Counted from the first letter of the stretch, positions 24,250 to 36,730 are shown. The stretch: 64,000 bases of DNA from Eukaryota sp. TZLM1-RC (GCA_040285825.1 JAUPSS010000004.1:2274550-2338549), one strand, 5' to 3'. Numbers and translations are program-made. Notes: generated by a model not told the origin, from the sequence alone.

Positions 24250-26412
24250 TTAATAATTGGGTGGAGGAGCTCCATAAGACTGGGTATACTGACTTTGCAT
24301 AAAACTCAACAACTCGTTAACCTGCAAATGCCGCATCTGCTTAAAACCAGTGACATTATCAGTCAAATCAATCAATTTGTTCATCAATTTTGAGTAGAAC
24401 TGCTCACCTTCTGCCAAATTAGCCTCCAACTCCTTTAACATCTTGAGACAATCTTCATATTCAGAGATTACCTCCTCACGTTGTCTAGTGCTCTCATCTT
24501 CTTTAGGCTTCAACATCTCAAACTCTCTGAAATGTTTTCGCATTTCAGCCATAATATCAGCTTGTTGGTCAATTGTATCATCCAAATGAGTAACTTTCTC
24601 CTCGATCATAGACCTGATAAACCCTTCACCTTGTCTGAAATGTTTGGATACATTTTCTGCAGTTGCGGCTTTTTTAGCTTCTTCAATACCTTTTCTTCTC
24701 GCTTCAAAGATATCAGCAATTTTCTCCATATCTTGTTTCAACACATTCGCACTTGCCTCCAACTCTCCAGACGCTTCCTTCCCAACAATGGCAGGTACAC
24801 TCTTTTCAACAACCTCAGGGCCCTCCTTAATCAGCTCAATATACCTTCTGTATGAATTCAACTTTGCTTTGATTTTGTTGTCACTCGTCTCAGCTTGCTC
24901 CGAAACACCTTTCAGTCTTCGTGCTTCGGCCAAAAGGTTTGCCAGCCCCTGTCTGATCTGCTGGTTTTGGTATTGCTGTCCAAATCTTTGTTGTAGTTCA
25001 TTTTCAGCCCTATCAATTTCATTTAAAGTAGACAAGTTATCCGAAATCATTAATAAACATTGCTTCTTGTTTTGGTCGACATTACCTTCTTTTTCCAAAA
25101 CCTTTTCAGCGGTAGGGATAGCACTCGTAATTGCTCTCTTTAAAGCCAAGGGAAAGTGTTCAGGGGATAGGGTAACAGTGACTGCACCAGGAAGACCCAT
25201 TTCCTTCATAGCTTCTTGACCAGCTGAAGTGACTTCCTCGTACTTCTCACAAATTTCATTGACCACAGTCCCTGCCAGCTTTGTCATTTCATCCAATAGC
25301 GCCATATCGCTCTTAGACAACAACCCCACAAACAAACTGTCCCCTTCAACTTTGCACATTTCCTTTGTGTCCACCATGCAGTGTTCGGGAGGTAAGGTAA
25401 GCTCTCGTTCAGCCTTGACAGTCATAAAATAGATTTCAGAGTTTGCCTTTTCAGCAGCACGCAATTCATTATCCACAACCTTTTTGGCCATCTCAAGTGA
25501 CGGTAACAACTGACCAATGTTGGGGACCTTGTTAAAAGCACCATTAAGAAGTTTACTTGCCAATCTTAATCTTGCAACCTGTTCACCATATTCCATCTTG
25601 GTTTCGCACTGGTGAGCCAAGACTTGATGAACTACTGCAGAGAAAAGTACTGATTTAGAATACGCTCGTAGTATCCAACTCTGATCAATAACAGAAGCAA
25701 TTGAAGGCGCTTTGGACAAGGAAACTACTTTTTCGTACATTTTGCCTGCACACATCATAAGCTTTAAGAGAGGATCAGAAGCGATGTTCGACAACTTGGC
25801 ATACTCCACAAAACATTCCTGGGCTTGGGCAAGCATGAGCGTCTGCATGAGGGTTAGACAATCAGAGGTAAGATCAGGCACGAGAGGCCCGAGCTGGGGT
25901 GTGGCAAGGATGATGGACTTGCAATGAGCGAAGATTCCAGCAGCGGTACAGTAATGCTGAATGGCTGATTTAAGGTTTTCTGTCGACTTCTTAGGTATGT
26001 TCATGGCGGCGTGAGACCAGGCAGCTGCTAAGTTGTAGAGTACTGCTGCTTGCTCGGCTTCAATGTAGTTGCTTGTGAACTTGTTTCTGGGAATGAATGA
26101 GCATGACCAAGAGAATGGTATGGAAATCTCTGAAGGATTGATCGGAAGCTGTTCTTTGATCGACTCCAGGGTAGAGTTATATCGGGAAAGAAGGTTACGA
26201 GACTCGATCGAGGGCTCCGAAACACGCCCTGCTGCTTTACGGAGCTCATTCAATCGACGGATATCAGTAGCATACTTTTCCAAGTACTCTGGTCCGTATT
26301 GCTTTCTAATGTATGTAGTTAGAGGTTTAGTAAAGTCTACATCGTGGCAGTGGTGTAAGTGGACCCCAAGCATGGCATCACAGAAGCGGTAAGGTACCTT
26401 AAACTGTGTCAT
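24250..26412 (-). CDS. BRO1 domain + V domain protein (ALIX/Bro1 family)
   Basis: F.W..SF, E.AAVLYNLAA, AAGIF, LMLAQAQECF, YGEQVARL, N..IYF..V, GEQFY. Confidence 0.93.
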   Translation of the reverse strand: MTQFKVPYRFCDAMLGVHLHHCHDVDFTKPLTTYIRKQYGPEYLEKYATDIRRLNELRKAAGRVSEPSIESRNLLSRYNSTLESIKEQLPINPSEISIPFSWSCSFIPRNKFTSNYIEAEQAAVLYNLAAAWSHAAMNIPKKSTENLKSAIQHYCTAAGIFAHCKSIILATPQLGPLVPDLTSDCLTLMQTLMLAQAQECFVEYAKLSNIASDPLLKLMMCAGKMYEKVVSLSKAPSIASVIDQSWILRAYSKSVLFSAVVHQVLAHQCETKMEYGEQVARLRLASKLLNGAFNKVPNIGQLLPSLEMAKKVVDNELRAAEKANSEIYFMTVKAERELTLPPEHCMVDTKEMCKVEGDSLFVGLLSKSDMALLDEMTKLAGTVVNEICEKYEEVTSAGQEAMKEMGLPGAVTVTLSPEHFPLALKRAITSAIPTAEKVLEKEGNVDQNKKQCLLMISDNLSTLNEIDRAENELQQRFGQQYQNQQIRQGLANLLAEARRLKGVSEQAETSDNKIKAKLNSYRRYIELIKEGPEVVEKSVPAIVGKEASGELEASANVLKQDMEKIADIFEARRKGIEEAKKAATAENVSKHFRQGEGFIRSMIEEKVTHLDDTIDQQADIMAEMRKHFREFEMLKPKEDESTRQREEVISEYEDCLKMLKELEANLAEGEQFYSKLMNKLIDLTDNVTGFKQMRHLQVNELLSFMQSQYTQSYGAPPPNY

Positions 26413-26499
26413 TTTGAGAAGTTTTGGCTTTAAAAAACAAAATCTGAACTAATGCGAAAATGATATACGTGTGCATTTTTACCGACTGTGTGCACACAT

Positions 26500-27540
26500 C
26501 TTATATCAATCAACTCCTGATACTGTTGATGCCATCAAGTTTTACAACACAATTACCTTCACATGATGGCTCTATCGGAACATCTTCTAACCTGTTTCTG
26601 GCAATTCACATTTGGGCCAAAGAGCAGTGCTTTGCTATTAATGAATCAGAAAAAGGGAACAATCCGTCATGTAACAATTTGATGAAATCAGAAAAACAAT
26701 CTGTATCGAAACCATTGCAGTCGATTGCGAACTTTGTCTAATGCCTTATTTAACAAAATAAAAAAAGGTCAGCCATTTTATTATTGATAAATTAAAACAA
26801 TTGATGGCACAACCAGTGAACAACAGGGGAGAACAATGTTGTTGTGTTGAACCAGCAACACTGGGAATCCCTTGTATTCACACTGTCAAGGAACAATTAT
26901 ACTGATGCCCTCCCTTTGAAATGGATCAATTTCATCCCCATTGGATCTTACCTGATTCAGAATCTCCAATACGATCAAGTGACAGTGACGACCATGTTGA
27001 TAGTAGGCAACATCTATCTTTTTTTTAAATTATGTAAATTTATTTTTAAAACTTTTTTTTAAAACTAAAATCTAAAAATCAATATCTTCAAAACAAGCTT
27101 CCACACCATGAAACCGTACAACAGCAATGTTTTCGTAATGTGCACTGACACACATCAAAGCTTTCGAAATCATTTTAGGAATTGATTTGAAAATAGTAAA
27201 CAGCTATCTAGAGAATTTGCTTCAGCTACGGCTCAGATGAATGAAGTTCAATTGATGAGGCTCAGGTAGGTTCTACGTGAGCAACATGCAACTATTGTTC
27301 AACAAGTTCAATGAACCTCAACCTCCACTGTCTTCTGATATTGTGAGGGTTAGGAGGGTCAGGAGAAGACCCAGATGTGCTATTTGTTCTCAGGAAGGGC
27401 ACAACCGTTCTACATGTCCCAACAGCTGGGCAATAAAAGATATTCTTAAAGTTGTTAGAGGTGAATTCAGAAGTTTATGCACACAGTTAACACAAATTTG
27501 CACACGTGCATCATCACCCGAACTAATGGGACTACAATAA
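26500..27540 (+). pseudogene. Possible MULE/FAR1-type transposase remnant ending in a CCHC knuckle
   Basis: AIHIWAKEQCFAINES (FAR1-like start) and RRRPRCAICSQEGHNRSTCP; the middle is degraded. Confidence 0.4.
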
Positions 27541-27560
27541 TTTTTTTAAAATACCAATTT

Positions 27561-28523
27561 GGTTAAATCTGGTTAAATTATATGATGGCTTGGATTATGA
27601 AGTAAGACTTGGCTTGGCCAAAACTAAAAATCCCGCTTTCGGTAATTTTTTAAAGGATATTCGTGATAGTTCAGCTGCTGCTTTAGTAACTCAAGTTCCC
27701 TCTGTTTATGGACTTTTGTTAAAAGACAATGAATGGCTTCTAAACATGCGTTTTCGTTGTTTTCTGTGGCCAAACAATTTGCCCAATCATTTAACTTGTA
27801 AATGTGGTAAACCTCTTTTGTTTACTCATCTTTTGAACTGTAAACATTTCATTACGTTTAGAAGCAAAGTGCATAATAACGTCAGGGACCAAATTTATGT
27901 AATGTGCAAATCATATCGAGTAGATTCCTTTTTAGAGCCGCTGTTATCAAAACTAATTCTTGATGATCCCAATATTGATAGTACGCGTTACAACAGAGCT
28001 TCTATGGGTCTGACTAGAGGTGATCTAGTTGTTCCTGGTTTAAATGGTAGTTTTACTATTTTGGACGCCATGTCTATTGACCCTTGTAATTCCTCTAACG
28101 AACATTTCATTAACTCGGATGTAAATAATCCTCTTCTTGCAGGCGAAAAATATAAAATTGCTAAATATGCGAAACCTATTTCCTCGGTTAATGAAAATTC
28201 TCATGCCCAATATAATTTATGTCCATTTGTTTTTTCTTTGCTTGGATCTCTAGGTAAGGCTGCTATGGCTTTCCTTGAGGATTTTGTTGTAGTTGTAAAG
28301 GAAAGAACTGGAAGAATTTTCAATCGTGTTTACTGGCAAAACAGGATTGTATTTTCTATTTTTAAGGGAATGGTAACACTAATTTCTGATTCACTATCTT
28401 CTTTTGGGAAATTTTCTGAATCTTTAGCGATTAATTGTTTTGATGTAGGGGAGGCAGGTTTTGAGGATGTGGAGTTTTAATTGTGTATTTCATATTTGTT
28501 GTTGAATAAAAATAAATAAGGTT
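27561..28523 (+). mobile_element. 5'-truncated CRE-like retrotransposon (family R-C) with open RLE ORF 27590-28480
   Basis: CKCG..HLLNCKH..VHNNVRD..RGDL..GEKYKIAKY; 12-bp TSD AAATACCAATTT at 27549-27560 and 28524-28535. Confidence 0.88.
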
Positions 28524-28535
28524 AAATACCAATTT

Positions 28536-29177
28536 TTAAATGTCCCAACAAATTGGGTTAGATATTAAATTGGCCAAATGTTTCATTATTGGTAATCAGA
28601 ATGTTGAGGTAGCATTTAATGAGACTTTCATCAAATTTGTTGATTATGAAGCAGATGCAATTCGTTTGCTTGGCTCCTATTTTGGAAATAGTGAAAAAAT
28701 TAAATCGATTTTGACAGGCAATTTGGAAAAAAATGAGGAGCAACTTTTAACTATTCAAGAGTTAAAAATTGACAAGCATTTAGCGTTTTCGGTCCTGAAT
28801 GTGTGTTTTGGACCAAAAATTAATCACCTTCTTCGTTCTTTATCCCCTACAATTTCACATGATTCTGCACGTCAATTTAATGTTTTGTGATCCAATTTTT
28901 CAGGAAATTTGGTGGAAATATGTTCATCAAGAATTCCTTATCATGCATTTTTTAGTCCTAAATTTCTTGGAGTTGGTTTTTCAAAAGCTGAGCATTCATG
29001 CAAAAGTGCTTTCATTGGTGGTATGAAAATTTTTCTTTTTGAGTGGAAATTCCAGTTTGATAAAATTCCTGTGAATGAACCACACCCTTTACTGAAGTCT
29101 CTCGAAAACATGGTACAAGAACTATCTATTGATGTGTGGAATAAGTGTTTTCCTTCAAGTTTGCCTTCTGTACCTTA
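28536..29177 (+). mobile_element. Internal RT-thumb fragment of family R-X (parent family of the tandem array)
   Basis: IGLDIKLAKC..RLLGSYFG; ends ..ENMVQELSIDVWNKCFPSSLPSVP, the same sequence that starts each array unit. Confidence 0.85.
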
Positions 29178-30065
29178 TACTCTTTCTACTACGAACCCCA
29201 TCAACTAAATGACGGAAGATTTTCGCTATTCACTCGTATAGCAACTCGATTGTTATAAAACTCTGTAATGTTATTAAGAAAGCAGCAGACAATAAGGGGA
29301 CAACGCCTTTAAAAATTCAAAATACAATTCTGTTCGGCCAAAACATTTTGTGAAAAATTCTTCCTGTGCGTTGCTTTACAATTTTCAAAAAATCATCCAA
29401 GAAAAATAAAGCAAGTGGTCCAAGCGTACCATGTAAGGAAAAAGCAAATGGACAAAGGACATAATGAGAATGCGATTCAGCATTCAAGGATAGCAACTTT
29501 ATATTTATCAATGCAGTGTTTTCGGCAACAGACAGAGGATTCTTGTATTTTGACTGAGCTAATGGTAGGAAAAAATTATTACACATATCAGTTGATCTCA
29601 CATGGGTAATGCTGGTCGTCCCTTCAAGACGTTGAAATGTTAAATCACCTCTATTTCGACCGAAAGAATTCAAAGTACCTTCATCAACCAAATGAGAGAG
29701 TAATGGTTCTAAATAGGAAACAATTCTGTGTGACTTTGACATACAGTAGAGTTGATCCCTTACTACATCATGTACTTTTGATTGGAAAGTGATAAAGAGT
29801 TTACAATTAAATAAAGATGATTTGGAGAAATTTTTGATCCACATTTACAAATCAAATTATGAGGCTCGTTATCAGGATTAAATACAACATCGAAGGCACA
29901 TTGTATAAGCAAATGTGGTATCATCCAAAAGAAGACCATGAATTTGAGGAATTTGAGTAATTAAACACAAAGGGGAACTGTTTTGGGCATCTAACAGATA
30001 ATTTGCGAAAGCCGAATGATCATTTTTGGCCGAGCTAAGACGAACAATATCTGAGTAACAAATAT
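29170..30065 (-). mobile_element. Degenerate RLE 3' end of retrotransposon family R-E
   Basis: HDVVRDQ..RNRGDL..FWPNRIVF; 3' end matches 44670-44830. Confidence 0.8.
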
Positions 30066-30439
30066 CTAAGATAAAAATATAATATGTTTCTCTAATTCAT
30101 ATGACGAAATTGTATCAAGTTGAGAACCCAATTTCTACTATCGTTTACATTTCCTATGAGGAGACATTTGTCGGGATTGAGCAAAAGACCAATTTTTCTG
30201 CTGACTACAATCATTGAACCAAAATTTCCTCGACAAAATCCTGATCTGCTTGTTTTCTCGCCATTGCTTTTAATTCGATGAAAGAACCGAGGTTATGTAA
30301 TAGGTATAGCAAATTTAATTTGTGAGCACCACAAAACGACATAAAATGTGTTCATTGTTTTTTCTTGAACCAATTTTTGGAAACCATTCGAAAAAGTTCC
30401 TGCTTCTACTGATAGTTTTCCGTTTATAAAAAATAGGAA

Positions 30440-30700
30440 AGGAATAAAAACAAGTGGTCTATTTCCATCAGCATTAGCTTCTTCGATATCTTTGTCATAT
30501 TTTCTATGTTAATACATGAGATTCCTGCATTCTTGCCCCAAACCCCCTTCATAAGGTCTAGATTGAATTCAACCAAAAATTTGTTGTGAACTGATGATAA
30601 TCGCAAATTGAATACGAGAACGCCAAAAGAAAGATATCAAGTCCCTATATTGTTCTGTTTTCAAGTACGTTTTGGAAGTCATTTAAACAAATTTCTTTTT
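30440..30700 (-). mobile_element. Scrambled R-B-like retrotransposon remnant
   Basis: Reverse complement encodes HRKYDKDIEEANAD and WRSRIQFA-like pieces. Confidence 0.55.
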
Positions 30701-31416
30701 TTGTTCTGGGGTATAAAGATAAAAATGATTTAAGTAGCAAATAAAGAAAAAGTTGTTTTTGCTTTGACTAAATGAATTGGTGCACAATGCTATAGGGAAA
30801 GTATCACATGCTTAACACTTATGTGAAAAATGTTGCAAAAAGACAGTATTATCCAATGATGAGTGAGATAATACTGAAGCAAAGTCCTGAACAAATCATG
30901 CCCAAAGGACAAAATTTGCATAGAAACACTTGGAATGAACAGAAACTATTTACAATAAACACATAGAGAGCTAGACGGAAAGACCAATGCAAAGGTAGAC
31001 CAAACTCAGCGACGCACTTGTTGACCTCGCCCCTGAGTACAGAGAGGTTGACGTATAACCTCAAAGGGAATGCGCTTACGGCAAATCTTTTGACACCTGC
31101 TGGTTGCACGAGAAACCTTGCGTGCTTCTTCAGGACATACGTCACCTAAATGAAGCTCTGTACCATGATAGGTTGACATTGGAGCTGCTGAAGTGCAGAA
31201 GGGGGGGGGGTAAAGAAGAGTATCAGTTAGTACTGTTCTTTTCTGAGGTTTAGGACTACCCATTAATCTTTCAACTTCTTTCTATTACTCCCTCAGTTCA
31301 TGACCCCACTACTGGCCCTCCACAAACTGCAACTTATGCTGCTCTCCCACCGACGCCTCAACCGGTACAGTCCATGTACACACCTCCTGCTCCTCGCTCA
31401 TCCAGTGATAATACCA

Positions 31417-31742
31417 GGAAAACTTTCCTTGAAAGCTCTGATTGGAAGCTAAACAAAACTGTTAGTTATTCATCAAACAAAAACACTTCTGTCCCTAGCG
31501 TTTTACTTCGTTTGAAGCTTTCAAATGGCATCTCGAAGAAAATTGTTAACATTGAGCTAAACGAACGGGAGCTGGAAGCCCTTTTCAATACTGTTGAAGA
31601 TATCTCTGTTCATTTAGACAATCTGTAACAAAGTAAGTTATTTTGTAAATAAATAGTTGATGTTTTTTGTTGTTTATTTCAACATTGTTGGCACGTTATT
31701 ATGCAAAGAAGCTCCTGAACTGTGTGTTCTAGGTTTTCTGTG
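31417..31742 (+). pseudogene. Inverted duplicate of 46609-46934 (3' ends of COMMD10 and V-ATPase G)
   Basis: KTFLESSDWKLNKTVS..HLDNL plus the intergenic spacer and V-ATPase G tail are near-identical. Confidence 0.9.
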
Positions 31743-33581
31743 TTTAATTCTACACCATTAAGTAAAAGTTGAAAACTAAGGCCCATAGATGTCGTAGGGA
31801 GAAACCAAAGTGAAAACCACAGTAAATTTTATTGAACAATTTTAGTGAACAACAGTTTTTTTGGACAATAGCTGGAAACACAGTGGCATGAGATAAAAAA
31901 GAGTGGTGATTAGACTAGTAGAAAGCCAAAACTAAGGCAAATCTGCAGATTATTCGGCAAATAATAGGATATTGAATAGTTGAATTTATTGTTGTAAACT
32001 GTATAATATTTCTAAATTTAAAACTATCTGGAAATTTATTTAGCTTATCATTATTTAAAATAGTTAGTGAATTTAAATTTGGTAATTTCATTGACTCAAT
32101 AATAAATAAATTTTTAACATCTTTAGTAATAACCAAATGACTAGTATTATTAAGAATTGAATATTTATCTCCAGTGACAAAGGGGGAGACATGGGCACGA
32201 AAAATGAGGTAAGGTTAAAGGAGTAGCAGACCAGAAAAGAGAAGAAGGATCAGAACTCTAAAGACTAAAGGAGACGTCATATATTCGTGAGCCTTGAGAT
32301 ACTAGACAACAAGAACGAGAAGTGTTATTGTAAAGTCAACAAAGTATATGGAAATTCCAGGCTTGAGTGATGATTTTTCGTTAAACACGGTTAGTAAAAT
32401 CTTTTAATTTGGTTGAATTTTATGTTGAATACTAATCCCTTTTCTTTTCCCTTCCCTGCCTAATCCCTACCTAATCCCTTTTTGTGTTTCTGACTTATGG
32501 CTTTGACCTTTGAAATCTTAATGTCCATTCTAATTCTTGTATGTAGCTTATCTACATACAGGTTGGACCAACTGAAAGAGTCAACATTTGTGTGATACAT
32601 TAACAATACATTTACTTATGTAAGATTGACAAAACAGAACCACTAGACAAAATTGTTAACAAATCTGAATCTGATAGAACAAATCGGTACTTTGAAGAAT
32701 TCTTGAATCATGAGCATTTAATAAAGGTTTTTGGGAAGCTCGTTGTGAAAGTTTATTTAAAACTTGATTAGCTTTTACATAACCCATATCAGAAAGTTCT
32801 TGGGCAAAAAATAAAGAGTTTATGGTTATCATCCAAGTTGGTTTTAGCAAATATAATCGCCAACTCCAAGATTTTTGTAATTCCAAAGGACTCTGAAACA
32901 GATCCCATCACAGACCGTAGTTCTAATTCAACTGAAATAGCAATAAAATAATTGATAAATTCAGTCTTCCAAATTTGATTGAAAAAATGGAAATGTGGAT
33001 TGTCAAAGAGGATTGTCATTTTTTAAACTTCAATTTGCAGAAATGATACTCTATTCTGGCACTCTATAATGGTGCACCATCATGATAACTCTTAAAAATT
33101 GCATACTCTCGAAAATCAGGTGAAAACTTTCCATTCTGACGAGAAAATATGGTAAGGAAGCATTTAATGAACTTCATTTGAAAAAAAGGTTAAATAAAAA
33201 AGTACAACAGTGTCAGTAACTTAATTCTTGATTTTATAAGTGCAAATGTTGTGTAAGTTTTCAACTATTGGTCTCCTCAGTCAAGACAATTTTGGCAATT
33301 TTGATGCTCAACTTTGATATGCTTAAATTTATTAGTATTTTATTTATTTTAGCGACAGAAAATCCATTCACGTGGACCAAAATTAAACAAGGAAAGCTGG
33401 TGAAGTTTAGTTGAAATGCAGAAAAACCTGCGAAATTTTCGATTTTTTTTTGAAAATACAAAAATTGTAGAGTGAAACCTATTTAGCAAAAAAAAACAAA
33501 ATGTTTGATCAAAATTTCAGTGCCCAATATAAAATAATTGGAAATAAAACAACAAGTGATTCTGAAATAAATTGATTTAAT

Positions 33582-34502
33582 CTATTCGAAATCAACAAGT
33601 AAATCAATCTTATTTGATATACAAAATTCAAGCCAATTCAGAAAACAATCTGCACTCCCATGCTTGAAAACTTCCTTAAACTCGTTCAAAGACACAGGGC
33701 ATGCAACAATAATCCTATTGTAGAGACCAATTGAAACACAATGACCTGTCTTCGGAAGAATCATTTCACTCGAGAAATACTCGTTATTAGAACTATTTTT
33801 GATCAAGTCTAAAACGTTTAAACAAAATGAAATTAAAGAAGAACTAATTTCAGCACCATACTCTGGCAAAACAAGACCTTCTTCATCCGAAAAATAACAC
33901 ACTTTCCCTGCACCGTCGTTGGTTGTGTGGGTTAAGGAACATACAAAGATCCATGGACAACTAGATCTAGTGGAAGAGAAGAGGGAGCAGAGAGAACGAG
34001 AAACAACGAGGAGGAGGTCGATAGAAGATTGGATTATTGCAGGAACAAAGTTTGAAAATGTTTTCCCTGAAGAAGTTAACCTGGGTGTGGCTCCTGGAGT
34101 TCCTGAAGTACGATTGGGGAAGGAGAGCTCCGAAGCAAAGCGTGTTTTAAAAGCGGAGAGGAGTGACGAAGTGATGAAAGAGAGAGGTGAAGGTGTTGAT
34201 GGGAAGAGTGAGGAAGGTAGGACATGATGCGAGAGAGTGGGCGTAGATATACATGCACAAGTGATGCCATGGTTGTTGCTGTAGCAAAAGTGGAGAGAGA
34301 CATGTGAGTCGAGACTGACAAGCTTCGGTGAAGACTGAGGCAATATATCACAAGATTTAGAGGATAAAATATACAAGATTGCTGCCACACTTTCAGCAGT
34401 ATGTTTGGAAGAACTGATGGGAAGCCCATAATTGGGAGAAAACTGACGGTGGTAGAGAATATTGCCTCCCCTGGTCGAGAGAAAGAAAACAGCATGAAGC
34501 AT
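33582..34502 (-). CDS. Hypothetical protein with longin-like N-terminus
   Basis: MLHAVFFLSTRGGNILYHRQF; 306-aa ATG ORF. Confidence 0.7.
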   Translation of the reverse strand: MLHAVFFLSTRGGNILYHRQFSPNYGLPISSSKHTAESVAAILYILSSKSCDILPQSSPKLVSLDSHVSLHFCYSNNHGITCACISTPTLSHHVLPSSLFPSTPSPLSFITSSLLSAFKTRFASELSFPNRTSGTPGATPRLTSSGKTFSNFVPAIIQSSIDLLLVVSRSLCSLFSSTRSSCPWIFVCSLTHTTNDGAGKVCYFSDEEGLVLPEYGAEISSSLISFCLNVLDLIKNSSNNEYFSSEMILPKTGHCVSIGLYNRIIVACPVSLNEFKEVFKHGSADCFLNWLEFCISNKIDLLVDFE

Positions 34503-34549
34503 TACATCTAAGCCAGGATTAAATTGGCAAGGTCTATAATTATAGTATT

Positions 34550-35090
34550 ATAATAACGGGAAATTCCCATAAGTAAAAGATCTATCTTTGTGTGGAATAA
34601 TTGCAAAAACTATCTACTACACAGATACTGAGCCTTTTCATTTCCACCATATTCTGGCTTCAGCAATTGCAAACATATTCAGACAAGCCAGTTTATTTCT
34701 ATTGAAGAGCTTTGTTGAGCCTTTGTTACTGAGTTTGCAACTCTCACTATCACAAGCTAATAAACCATGACATGTAATAACAGGAGTGTTTTCTCTTCTA
34801 TAGAATGTGGGATTTGCGACTCTCAAAAATGTAGCATCCTTATCAAAACAAACAGGACAATTTGCTGAACTGAAAGCTTCATTAATCATCAATATTTCAA
34901 ATTTATTCCTTTTCAGAAATTGAATACATCCAATGCCTGGAGTAGGCCTCTGATGTTTCAAATTCTTGGAACCTGTTTTACCATAATCACCCGTTAGTAT
35001 TAAAGTGTCTTTTGGATTGCCAAACTGCTGAACAAGGCTTTTCAACAACCAACTTTCAGTCTCTTGCTTGTCAATAAAAGCTTGCATTTT
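34550..35090 (-). pseudogene. Fz-1 copy B: C-terminal RuvC/Zn region plus 3' flank (omegaRNA candidate ~34550-34640)
   Basis: GDYGK..RPTPGIG..INEAFSSANCPVC..CDSESC..LFNRNK; frameshifted ..QYLCSR end; similar to 17140-17540. Confidence 0.85.
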
Positions 35091-35409
35091 ATGAATTATT
35101 AATTTTTATTTTATTCTATTTTTTATGAAAGTTGATTGAGTACCTTCACCGTTGGATCATTTGAAACAGTAGGAAATGGTAAATTAAAATCATTAAATGT
35201 ATTTTTCAATAATGGTAAATCAAATTTGATTAAATTGTGATCCAATAAACAATGTGGTTGATAATTGCCAATAAGCTTTGAAAATCTACGAAGCAAAGTT
35301 TCCTCATTAGAGAATAATTCTGTATGAATATTCATATTAATTTCAGGTTAACATCCAGTATGGGAACTCATCTTCAATAATTAAGAATATCTACTCTCCA
35401 AAAAGAAAT

Positions 35410-36730
35410 TATGGCGGTCAAACCTACCAATAACAATCGAAATTGAAACACTTTCTGATCGAAAATCCACTTATTCATTTACTCATCAGTTTTCTTTTTC
35501 AAACGATTTACACCCTTTTTTCTCTTTCTGTTGATAATCTCATCAGCAGGCAGAAATTGGCCATCATGATTTTGGTAAAGATCACCATCCTGATATTGTT
35601 CAAATCAAAGCACATAACAGTGGGAAGATTTTGATTTGGGTTCATTGATTTGAATTGAAACAAAGGCTCAGGGTTGAAGCCACTAAGACTTGGCCCAATG
35701 ATTTTTTGATTATACTCGGTTTCAATGGTTTTTTTTGTCGAAATCTACCTGTTCTCGATATTGAACATTGTATTCACGATACAAAATTCTCGGTTCAGTG
35801 CTTGTTGTTGTATTTCCGCTTATGCTTTGATGTTTGTTGGTCAGAAATGGCATTTCTAATTAATTTTTATCGATGAGTTGATTCAAAATTGGATCTTCTC
35901 TTTCTGGGACCAGGAGTTGCTTCAACATCTCCATTCATTGTTAGATCAACAAAAAATGGGTTTGTTGGTAGAAGAAGTTGGCAGCTACTGGATTGAAAAC
36001 ATAAATTATAAACATAATCATCAAACTCAACATCAAAATAAGAATTTGAGACACAACGTCACATATTTAAAGTACAATTACTTAAACATAAATAATCAAC
36101 AATATCAAAAAAATCAAAATAACAATTCAAAACAAAACAAAACAAAAACAAAAGAAACATTCCGTATTTAAGGTGATTATTACCATGGCTGATTCAACAG
36201 CACCCATATCATGACTCACATGATGTTTCAAAAAAGTGATATACTCTACCCCCACGGAAGGATCAGAACGACGATTCCAAGAGGAAATCGAGGCTCTGAC
36301 CTTCCCTTTATTCCTGTAAAGCAGGATGACTGTTCCCGACTGAAGAGTTCAGGAGGAAGTACTCTGCTGTTGTGTGAAGAACAGGTTGAAAGAGGAGGTG
36401 GGAACCGGATCCGTTACCTCGTTATCCTTTTTCTCCTTCTGCTGCATGATGGTAGAAGAGTGTGAAATGTCAGAAGAATCTCGCTGAGAAATATCTGACA
36501 TGCTGATTGCAAATTCAAATTGATATTTTGAGTTGCTAATGTTCACAATTTTATAACATGTTTAATTCACCTTTTTGTTCGCACTTCCTCCACCATACTT
36601 TCGTCTTGCTTATTGGCTTTCACCTTCCACCTGCTGCTTGGCTCAAGCTTATGGAGCTGTTATCCAAAACTTCCTCGCTACAATCAGTTACCTTTTCTTC
36701 TATGAAAGTACTTCTCACGCCAAAATCCTT
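35410..36730 (-). repeat. Inverted diverged duplicate of 14044-15200 plus a CEP78-like gene fragment (36577-36730 = 13676-13830)
   Basis: Shared small ORFs (MSDISQRDS.., HMMFQKSD..) and PPAAWLKLMELLSKTSSLQSVTFSSMKV. Confidence 0.9.

Noticed and set aside
30849-31263. GC-richer ORFs with faint resemblance to ribosomal protein fragments
   Set aside because: No motif convincing enough to assign
32430-32482. ctaatccct repeats as interstitial telomeric DNA
   Set aside because: Only three imperfect copies, and the telomere motif of this organism is unknown
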